Shown here: piece by piece, positions 56,967 through 64,000 of the stretch
How the letters are laid out: every line of letters begins with the position of its first letter
Position numbering within the stretch: position 1 is the first letter of the stretch
Source of the DNA: an uncultured Halobacteriales archaeon
GTDB lineage: Archaea > Halobacteriota > Halobacteria > Halobacteriales > Haloarculaceae
NCBI GenBank assembly: GCA_964478805.1
Contig: CAYZJQ010000001.1
Location: 2,727-66,726, forward strand
Length of the DNA stretch: 64,000 bases
Direction of reading: 5' to 3'
Position numbers and translations under genes: made by a program
Notes under the pieces: model-generated
The model's input: the letters and a program-made list of their open reading frames with translations, nothing else
What the model was told of the DNA's origin: nothing
Databases searched by the model: none

Positions 56967-58717
56967 GTGCCCATCCCCCCGAACACCGCAGCGTTATACG
57001 CGAGATGAACAGCGACGGCGACCGCGAGCCCGACAGCCCACCCCGTTCGACCACGCGTCCCCCCGACGGACGAACAGGCGGCCGTAACGGCATGGAGCAT
57101 CAGTGGCGCTATCAAGAGTCCGAGCGCCGCCAGCGGCGCGAGAGTCGTTGGGTCGGGCCCTAGGGCGGCCGTCGCGACAGCGAGGTCTCCGAGCCCGACG
57201 AGTTGGGCGAGCAGCGCAAGCTTTTCTCCGAGAAAGAAGCCAGTCCCCGAGGCGACGCCGGCAGCGACAGCCCACCGCGGCGTCCGCGGGTAGCGGGCGT
57301 GCTCGAAGCCTGCAAGCACCGGTACCGACTTGGCAACTTCCTCAATGACCGCGACGACGATCAGCACTGCGGGCACGGAGACGGCTACGGGAAGCGCAAA
57401 CAGGGTCGCAATGGCAAGCAGCTCGGCGACGAAAATAAAGGGGACAATCAACCCCGTGACGACGACGAGCGAGCGAACGCGGGTGATCCGGCCCGCAAGT
57501 GCGTCAAGTAGTTTCAGCCGGACAGGTCGTTGGGTAAACAGGTCTTCCTCGCGGTAAAGCCCGAGCCCAAAGCCATAGCAGACCACCGCAGTGAGCGTCG
57601 CCGGTAGCGTTGCGAGGACGGCACCCGCAAGGGAGACTCCCTCGCCGGTCAGGTCTCGGACGACGAGCGTCAGCGGCGAGACTAGGCCGACACCCCCCAC
57701 TTCGGCGAACACTGCCGGGACGAATGCAAATGTTGTCAGCCCGACGGAGATACCTACAGAGAGGAAGGTAAGTTCGGCGAAGGAGCGGGCGAACATCGCC
57801 GCGACGAAGGTGACCGCGAGGAACAGTAGCGCGAGCGGGACAGCACCGAACAGCGAAAGTGGACCCCCACCGACGAGGAGCGTTATGCCACCAAGCATCG
57901 CGAGCGCTGCGAGGAGGTATGGGAGCGTTTTGCCGGCGACGATGTCTGCCGGCGATAGCGGCGCGACAAGCAGCAGCTCACCCCGGCGGTTCAACCGCTC
58001 GCGCAGCATTGTCGAGCCGTACGCTTGTACGAGGAAGTTCAGCGGCAGGACGAACAGGAAGGCGAGCACAAGCGACTCCAACGGGAACGGCGGTGTGATG
58101 TCTGATGGGGACCCGGTCGTCGTGCCGCTCCCGAACAGGTTAATGGCGGGGAGGGTCCCGCCGCCGGCCGTTCCGCCTCTGTCAACGGAAGACGGTGAAG
58201 CCGTGTCCATCGCGACTGTGTCTTCGGTCGCACTCTCTTCCTCGGCGACCGTATCGCCGGCGACCACGGTCTCGCTGCGGTCCGCGAATTGGAGCGTTAC
58301 GGTGACGGGAAACGCCGCCGAGGCGTTTGATTCCTCTGCCATCCTGGCGTCGTTATATGCCGCGACGGTATTCCGGAGTTCAGCGACCGCAGCTCGCCCC
58401 TTTTGCCCGTCGATGCCCACCACACGGCCGTTTCGCACGAGCACGTCCACCCGACCCGACTCAAGTGCCGCTCGCGACGGCTCGCCGACGGCGAACGTTG
58501 GCTCCGCGACGACCGGGTCGTACAGGGGGTCCGACTCCGCGACCCCGACGCGATACAATCCATCGTCGAGCGCGAACCCCGTCGCCGCGAGCGCCGGCAC
58601 TGCGGCGGCCGTGACGAGCAGCGTCGCGGCAAGCGCGAGCGCGACCCGGCGATCAATGCCAGCGACCCCTTTGGTCGTCTCCCACTGCGCGATCCGGAGC
58701 AGTTTCCGGAGGTTCAC
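56963..58717 (-). CDS. ABC-2 permease fused to PrsW-type intramembrane protease domain
   Basis: ERLNRRGELLLVAP...GK permease motif; C-terminal IEEVAK, GFFLGE, LH, HLAYN. Confidence 0.8.
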   Translation of the reverse strand: MNLRKLLRIAQWETTKGVAGIDRRVALALAATLLVTAAAVPALAATGFALDDGLYRVGVAESDPLYDPVVAEPTFAVGEPSRAALESGRVDVLVRNGRVVGIDGQKGRAAVAELRNTVAAYNDARMAEESNASAAFPVTVTLQFADRSETVVAGDTVAEEESATEDTVAMDTASPSSVDRGGTAGGGTLPAINLFGSGTTTGSPSDITPPFPLESLVLAFLFVLPLNFLVQAYGSTMLRERLNRRGELLLVAPLSPADIVAGKTLPYLLAALAMLGGITLLVGGGPLSLFGAVPLALLFLAVTFVAAMFARSFAELTFLSVGISVGLTTFAFVPAVFAEVGGVGLVSPLTLVVRDLTGEGVSLAGAVLATLPATLTAVVCYGFGLGLYREEDLFTQRPVRLKLLDALAGRITRVRSLVVVTGLIVPFIFVAELLAIATLFALPVAVSVPAVLIVVAVIEEVAKSVPVLAGFEHARYPRTPRWAVAAGVASGTGFFLGEKLALLAQLVGLGDLAVATAALGPDPTTLAPLAALGLLIAPLMLHAVTAACSSVGGTRGRTGWAVGLAVAVAVHLAYNAAVFGGMGT

Positions 58718-59610
58718 GCAGGCTCCTCGTCTCCTCTTGTGTCGGCACCCCCGCCCGCCACGTCGAGGAAGACCCGCTCAAGGCTCGGCTCGACGGTGCG
58801 AATGTCGCAGACCTCGCCGCCCGCAACGGTCGCGCGCTCGCGAACGCGCTCGACGGCGTCCATCGCGTCGACGACGACGCGGTGGCCGCGCTCGCTCGGC
58901 TCGCTCCCGTCGACGGGTACCGTGGTGAACACGTGGTACTCCGTCCCCCCGTATCGCTCGCGGAGCGCCTCCGGTGTCCCACGGGCGACAATCTCACCGT
59001 CGTTCATGATTGCGACACGGTCGCAGACCTCTTCGACGTGGTAGAGATTGTGCGCTGAGAAAAGGACGGTGCGCCCCTCGTCGGCGAGCTCGCGGGTAAA
59101 CTCGACGACGTAGTTCGTCGTCAGCGGGTCGAGCCCTGCAGCGGGTTCGTCATAGACGAGTACGTCGGGGTCATTGACCAGCGAGCGGGCGATGGCGACC
59201 TTCCGCTTCATGCCCTTCGAAACGTCACCGAGGGGGCGCTCACGGTGTTCAAGATTGAGACGGCTGAGCGTCCGTTCGATGCGCTTTGTCGCCGTCCGGT
59301 CGTCAACGTCGTACAGGTCGGCAAAGAAGTGGAGATACGACTGCGCGGTCATCTCCTCGTATAGGGGCGACTCCTCGGGGAGAAAGCCCAGCCGCTCGCG
59401 CGTCGCCGGCTCGTTGGGCGCGGTGCCGGCGACGGCCACCTCGCCAGCACTCGGCTCAATGAGCCCTGCGACGGTCTTCAGCGTCGTCGTCTTCCCGGCC
59501 CCGTTGGGCCCGACGATACCGAACACCTCGCCCGGCTCAACCTCGAACGTTGACCGCTCGACGGCGACGAAGTCCCCGTATTCCTTGCGGAGGTCACGGA
59601 CGCGTATCAT
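58714..59610 (-). CDS. ABC transporter ATP-binding protein
   Basis: GPNGAGKTT, VSKGM, YDEP..GLDP, SAH. Confidence 0.93.
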   Translation of the reverse strand: MIRVRDLRKEYGDFVAVERSTFEVEPGEVFGIVGPNGAGKTTTLKTVAGLIEPSAGEVAVAGTAPNEPATRERLGFLPEESPLYEEMTAQSYLHFFADLYDVDDRTATKRIERTLSRLNLEHRERPLGDVSKGMKRKVAIARSLVNDPDVLVYDEPAAGLDPLTTNYVVEFTRELADEGRTVLFSAHNLYHVEEVCDRVAIMNDGEIVARGTPEALRERYGGTEYHVFTTVPVDGSEPSERGHRVVVDAMDAVERVRERATVAGGEVCDIRTVEPSLERVFLDVAGGGADTRGDEEPA

Positions 59611-59706
59611 ACGTTGAGGAGGCACGGGAGTCCAAAAAGCATGGGCGCCGGCACGGATGGCGAGCCGCGGGCCGCGGTTTATATTCCGCCACGTCCAAGT
59701 CGTGGT

Positions 59707-60108
59707 GTGGTGCGGATCGCCCGGACGCCCGACGGCCGGCGGATTGAGATGGTCGAGCGAGTCACGGCGCCGCAGGACCGCGTCTGGGAGCTGTTCTGCG
59801 ACACAGAAACGTGGCCTGAGTGGGGCCCGTCGGTGCGCGACGTGGAGTCGCCATGCCGCTACATTGAGGCCGGCACCGAGGGCCGAGTGCGGACCGTCGG
59901 CGGCGTGTGGCTACCGTTCACGATCCGGGCCTGCGGGGAATACCGATGGACGTGGGACGTGGCGGGACTGCCGGCGACGGGCCACCGTGTGGACTCGGTC
60001 GATCGCGGCTGTCTGGCGGTCATTGAGGTTCCGCTTGCGACGGCGCCCTACGCAGCGGTGTGCAAGCGAGGACTGCAGCGGCTCAGGGCGCTGGCGGAGT
60101 CGGTGTAG
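59707..60108 (+). CDS. SRPBCC (START-like) family protein
   Basis: APQDRVWELFCDTETWPEWGPSV; start codon uncertain. Confidence 0.75.
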   Translation: MVRIARTPDGRRIEMVERVTAPQDRVWELFCDTETWPEWGPSVRDVESPCRYIEAGTEGRVRTVGGVWLPFTIRACGEYRWTWDVAGLPATGHRVDSVDRGCLAVIEVPLATAPYAAVCKRGLQRLRALAESV

Positions 60109-60126
60109 AACGCGCGACTTCAGTGT

Positions 60127-60357
60127 TTACTGCGCTCTTGCGGCGCCGACCTGGCGGAGGTCCTCGCCGATGCCGGCACCGTCGCAGTCATCAGCGGGAC
60201 ACTCGTAGTGCCAGCCATCGCGGGTAGCTCGCGCCTCCGCGAACCGCGTGCCGCATTTACCACACTGGAGATCGTCGGCTCCACAGGTGTCGAGGTGGAG
60301 TTCGAGCGCCAGTTCCGTCCCGAACGCACGCGAGCAGTGTCGGCAAACGTTGGTCAT
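60127..60357 (-). CDS. Small zinc-finger protein (C2H2-like plus CxxC/CP..C)
   Basis: CRHC...LELHLDTC, CGKCG, WHYECP...C. Confidence 0.8.
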   Translation of the reverse strand: MTNVCRHCSRAFGTELALELHLDTCGADDLQCGKCGTRFAEARATRDGWHYECPADDCDGAGIGEDLRQVGAARAQ

Positions 60358-60497
60358 AGTCCGCGGTTCGACGTATCACCGCTTCAGCGTATCGGTCGAC
60401 GGCGTGTTCGGGTGAGTATCTCACACACGGGCTGCTCGGAGAGCGTTGTCGCTCGCCGAAACTGCCGGCACGCCACCCCGTGGGTCCGAACCGCGTG

Positions 60498-60550
60498 TCA
60501 CATAGATGCAAGGAGGAAGCCCACGAGTTTACTCGTGGGAGGAATCCGAC
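60498..60550 (+). mobile_element. Solo IS200/IS605-family left end
   Basis: TCAC, 14 nt, GAAG, perfect hairpin CCCACGAGT-TT-ACTCGTGGG (60520-60539), AGGAATCCGAC. Confidence 0.65.
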
Positions 60551-60585
60551 TCGAACCGGCGTCTCACCTCGTCAAGAGCCGCGAC

Positions 60586-61158
60586 TCAGTCGGGGCGCTC
60601 CATCGAGAACCGGTCACGGGTGTAGGTGTATCCCGACCCGGCCATCCGACCGACGACATCGAGTTTCCCCGTGTCGAGTTTCCCGTCAGTGGTCACGCCG
60701 TCGTCGACGTGAACGTACTGCACTTCGCCGAGCACGAGCATAGAGGCGCCGAACTCGACCGTTTCGACGACCGTGCACTCGAAGACGACCGGCGAGGCCG
60801 CAACACACGGCGCGTCGACGACCGTACACTCGGCCTTCTTGACCCCCGCCCGATCGAACTCGTCGACGTCCGCAGTCGTACTGGTGGCGTTCATCGCCGC
60901 TGCAAGGTCGGCCGTGACGACGTTGTGTGCGAACGCCCCCGTCTCAACGGCGTTGCGCGCCGTGTCCTTCAGGCCGTCCATGTTACCGGCAGAGAACGCT
61001 AGCGTCGGCGGCGCCGGCGTCGCAACGTTGAAAAACGAGTACGGTGCCAGGTTGTCCCGGTTGTTCCCTCGCGTGGAGATCCAACCGATGGGCCGCGGGA
61101 CGACTGCGCCCGCCAGCGTACGGTACAGCGACCGCTTTTCACGGGCATCTATCTCCAT
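60586..61158 (-). CDS. Flavin reductase-like (FMN-binding split barrel) protein
   Basis: VVPRPIGWIST, NLAPYSFFN, KDTARN, GRMAG. Confidence 0.9.
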   Translation of the reverse strand: MEIDAREKRSLYRTLAGAVVPRPIGWISTRGNNRDNLAPYSFFNVATPAPPTLAFSAGNMDGLKDTARNAVETGAFAHNVVTADLAAAMNATSTTADVDEFDRAGVKKAECTVVDAPCVAASPVVFECTVVETVEFGASMLVLGEVQYVHVDDGVTTDGKLDTGKLDVVGRMAGSGYTYTRDRFSMERPD

Positions 61159-61244
61159 GCGTCTCTCACCGCGTCGGTCGCCGTCGTCGGGTCGTGCACG
61201 AGGGGAGAACGAGGGGCCGGTACTTCAAGCGTGTCGGTGCCGGC

Positions 61245-61685
61245 TCAGAACAGCCCCAGCCCGAGCGCGTAGGGCCACTGGAGACCGCCAACGGCGAGAA
61301 AGCCGAGCGCCGCGCCTGCACCATAGACGTTCTTGAGGAAGTTCGTCATCTCGTTCTGCTGGTCCTGTTGGTCCTCTTGAGCCCAGAAGTCATGCATCGT
61401 CACTGCGGAAGCGAGCAAAAACGCCGCCAACGCGCCCGCGGCTAAGACGGGGAACGCCCCGACAACGATGCCGAGTCCTCCGAGCACAAGCAGCACGCCC
61501 GAGGCGACGACGGAGAACCGCGGCGCTGGCAGCCCTTTGAACTCCGCATATCCCGTCATCTGGTCGGTATTCATGAAGTGGTTGACCCCCATGAACGCGA
61601 GGACGCCACCGAAAAGGAGCCGGCCGAGCAGAAATAGCTCACCGGCGCCCGCCGCCGCGAAGACGTCCGCCTGGAGTGGAATCAT
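61245..61685 (-). CDS. DoxX-family membrane protein
   Basis: GRLLFGG...GVNHF, MHDFW, FLKN. Confidence 0.9.
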   Translation of the reverse strand: MIPLQADVFAAAGAGELFLLGRLLFGGVLAFMGVNHFMNTDQMTGYAEFKGLPAPRFSVVASGVLLVLGGLGIVVGAFPVLAAGALAAFLLASAVTMHDFWAQEDQQDQQNEMTNFLKNVYGAGAALGFLAVGGLQWPYALGLGLF

Positions 61686-61875
61686 GCTCTCACCACAATA
61701 CTCGATTTGCTTCGGTAACTCGATTGCATTACGTTACTGCGTATTGGACGGACGGTTATATCAGTTTGCGGACACTCCAGTCACCGGGTGACATGCGTGC
61801 TATCGGGGCTGTGGCCTGAACAGAATGGCAGGGTGAGAGAGATGGACCCTGGTCATCTGGTGGGGCCATCTTGAT

Positions 61876-62211
61876 TAGGCGAGAGAATCCCGCCGTGTAC
61901 GGCGGGCGTGAATCGCCGCACGATACTGGTACTCTGTGTACCACGACCCGAGTGCTATCCGACGCGGCGCGTCCGCGCTCATGCCGAGACAATCGGACGA
62001 TATCGGAGTCCCACACCGAGTCCCACAGGTATCCACTGTGTAATCGGTGGATACCGACGCAACATACCAAGATACCGCCGAGTCCGTCACAGGATCGGAG
62101 TCACGGTAGTGTGGCCCTGCCAGCACGTGTCGGGTGTCAACCCGTACCTCTCCACCTCAGCGGGCCGTTGCTCGTGGGAAGCCCCGTCGTTTAGGGCGGG
62201 GACGAGGTCAC
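61876..62211 (+). mobile_element. Internally deleted IS200/IS605 (IS1341-type) element: left end, tnpB 3' tail, right end
   Basis: Left hairpin CCCGCCGT-GT-ACGGCGGG within GGCGA..TCGCC; tail encodes KIPPSPSQDRSHGSVALP, resembling haloarchaeal TnpB C-termini as recalled; right end GGGAAG-CCCCGTCGTTTAGGGCGGGG-ACGAGG-TCAC. Confidence 0.8.
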
Positions 62212-63245
62212 TTATGAGTGTCAGGGTACGCTTCGGCTAACAGGTCGGGCTCTGCGAGCAGGCGGTCGCGCACGGGGGCTACGACCTTGGAGATGGCCGC
62301 CGCCGCCGCCGGCTTGAGATCGGCGGGGTGGAGTTCGCCCGACACGTAGTCCGTCTCGAGGTCGTCGTAGCCGTTGTAGACGAGGTCGCCGCCGTACTCC
62401 TTGGGCCGCTCGACGACGAACGCCTCGTTACGCTCGACCAGAACGGGGAAGACCAGGTACTGAAGATATTCGAGGACGCCGTTCTCCTCGACCTCGCCCT
62501 GTGGACAGTATGCCCCCTGGATCTTCTCGTCGATCTCGTCGGCAGAGTCGGTGAGATTCACCTTCGAGCTAGCGTCGGAGGCGGACATCTTTCCGCCAGT
62601 GAGTCCCGAGAGTAGCGGCGCGAACACGCAGGTGGGCTTGCCGTAACCGTGGTCAGGGAGAATCTCTCGAGCAAGCATGTAGATGCCGCGCTGGTCGATG
62701 CCGCCGTAGGCGATGTCGGCGTCGAGGGCCGCCACGTCGAGGCTTTGCATCAGCGTGTACACCAGTCCGCCGAGCTTGGGGTTCTGAGACTGGCGGACGA
62801 CCTCGCTACCGGCTCGCTGAGCGCGAGAGATAGTCGTATTGGCAAGCATTCGGTACAGCTCAAGCGTGTACGGCTCCTCAAGCTGATACTCGGTCCCGCG
62901 GACGAACTCAACGGCGTCAGGGTCTTGCCCAGCCGCCTCAATCATCCCCCTGATTGCCGCCTCGTAGTAGCGTGAACGAGCGTCCAGTAGCTCGAACGGT
63001 GACTTCTCGTCGTCGAGATGAGCGTGAAGATCCGCAACGAGGACAGTCACCCCCACATCGGCGGCGAGGAAGTCGGCGAGCTTGCGCATTGTCGTGAAGT
63101 GGCCAATGTGCATCTCCCCGGTCGGCGCGTAGCCGATGTACGCGTGTGGGTCATCCTCGCTCTCGAACAGCGCCTCGATCTCGCTTGCGGTCACGGCCTC
63201 CTCCGTGAACCGGGTCACCAGCTGCGCGCGCTCGGCGGCGTCCAT
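62208..63245 (-). CDS. tyrS: Tyrosine--tRNA ligase
   Basis: YIGYAPTGEMHIGH (HIGH), YTLMQSLD, GGIDQ, KMSAS, LHPADLK. Confidence 0.96.
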   Translation of the reverse strand: MDAAERAQLVTRFTEEAVTASEIEALFESEDDPHAYIGYAPTGEMHIGHFTTMRKLADFLAADVGVTVLVADLHAHLDDEKSPFELLDARSRYYEAAIRGMIEAAGQDPDAVEFVRGTEYQLEEPYTLELYRMLANTTISRAQRAGSEVVRQSQNPKLGGLVYTLMQSLDVAALDADIAYGGIDQRGIYMLAREILPDHGYGKPTCVFAPLLSGLTGGKMSASDASSKVNLTDSADEIDEKIQGAYCPQGEVEENGVLEYLQYLVFPVLVERNEAFVVERPKEYGGDLVYNGYDDLETDYVSGELHPADLKPAAAAAISKVVAPVRDRLLAEPDLLAEAYPDTHK

Positions 63246-63360
63246 ACCAGACCAACCGGGGTAGCGTGGATAAAACGTGTGTTCCCGTGGCGTCAGCCTG
63301 GACTGGCGGCGCCTGCGCGTCACCGGTGCCGGTAAGTCGTCTCGTCCCGTCACCCTGGAT

Positions 63361-63771
63361 ATGAGTCCGGAAGGGACGGTACGGGACTACTACGACGCGC
63401 TGCGGGCTGGCGACCCGTTGCACCCGTTCTTTTATCAGTCACCGACGACGGTGAAGTTCGGCATTGGAGAGACGCTGTCGGGGTATGACGCCGTGGAGTC
63501 AGGGTTGCGTGAACAAACCGCGGCGACGACCGACTGGACGGTCGAATCGGACGCGCTCGTGGTCGGCGGCGACGGCGACAGCGCGTGGTTCGCAGACCGC
63601 GTCCATATGGCCTGGACGGACACTGACGCCGACGTCGACCACGCCTACGACACCCGGTGGTCAGGGTCGATGCTCCGGGTCGACGGCCGGTGGGCGTTTA
63701 CCGGGATGCACGTCTCCGTGCCCGTGCGCGGCGGTGCCGAGGTCGACGGGAGTGGGGAGGCGGACGAGTGA
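63361..63771 (+). CDS. NTF2/SnoaL-like protein
   Basis: YYDALRAG, AWFAD, TRWSG...W..TGMHVS. Confidence 0.8.
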   Translation: MSPEGTVRDYYDALRAGDPLHPFFYQSPTTVKFGIGETLSGYDAVESGLREQTAATTDWTVESDALVVGGDGDSAWFADRVHMAWTDTDADVDHAYDTRWSGSMLRVDGRWAFTGMHVSVPVRGGAEVDGSGEADE

Positions 63772-64000
63772 TGGTCGGGCCGGTTTCGGACGACGAGCGC
63801 GATCGGTTTGCGCTGAAAATGAAGCTCGGGTTGACGGCGCTTGTCGCCGCCTCAGGCGGGCTCATCGCCGTACAGGGGGGTGCGAGCCTGCTCGCCGTGG
63901 CGGCGGCGATCGCGGGAGCGGCGGTTGTCGGCGCGATGCTGATCTGGTTCGTCTTTCCCGGCTCGGGGAGCCGCTCGCGCGGGGACGACCGTGAGCCACG
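63771..64000 (+). CDS. Small membrane protein, runs off the window end
   Basis: ATG overlaps upstream TGA; MVGPVSDDERDRFALKMKLGLTALVAASGGLIAVQGG...WFVFP, no stop before 64000. Confidence 0.65.
   Translation, partial: MVGPVSDDERDRFALKMKLGLTALVAASGGLIAVQGGASLLAVAAAIAGAAVVGAMLIWFVFPGSGSRSRGDDREP

Noticed and set aside
62024..62033. CACAGGTATC is identical to 1671-1680, i.e. the start of the first orphan spacer matches inside the tyrS-linked element
   Set aside because: Only 7 nt of spacer match; too short to claim targeting
1..64000. CRISPR array, cas genes, integrase/provirus, rRNA
   Set aside because: No regularly spaced repeats, recognisable Cas, integrase or capsid proteins, or rRNA sequence were seen by eye

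Overview
Chromosomal window from a halophilic archaeon (class Halobacteria), judged by high GC, acidic proteins, Tat lipoproteins and leaderless TATA promoters. The left part (1-26 kb) is housekeeping: gshA tail, coaD, pyrBI, a nucleoside uptake and catabolism cluster (BMP-ABC, cdd, udp, phosphohexo/pentomutase), pilB/pilC, a Trm9-like methyltransferase, tatA and three tRNAs (Leu-TAG, Gly-TCC, Arg-CCT). The middle (about 27-47 kb) looks accessory and more GC-rich. It carries a SAMP-like protein with a masked di-glycine, a haloalkane dehalogenase, an FeS-type photolyase, a cobalt nitrile hydratase whose alpha subunit is fused to its activator, copA plus regulator, a form III RuBisCO downstream of a HAD-IIA phosphatase, and a penicillin acylase. 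The right part has a DUF3179/TlpA/CcdA thiol-redox set, an ABC exporter fused to a PrsW-type protease, and tyrS. Four protein-less IS200/IS605 end remnants lie in intergenic DNA. Three keep a right end, where TnpB guide (omega) RNAs are encoded, and one of these supplies the tyrS stop codon. Three small ORFs (23, 41 and 53 aa) were read by hand. All calls come from motif recognition by eye; no database search was run.
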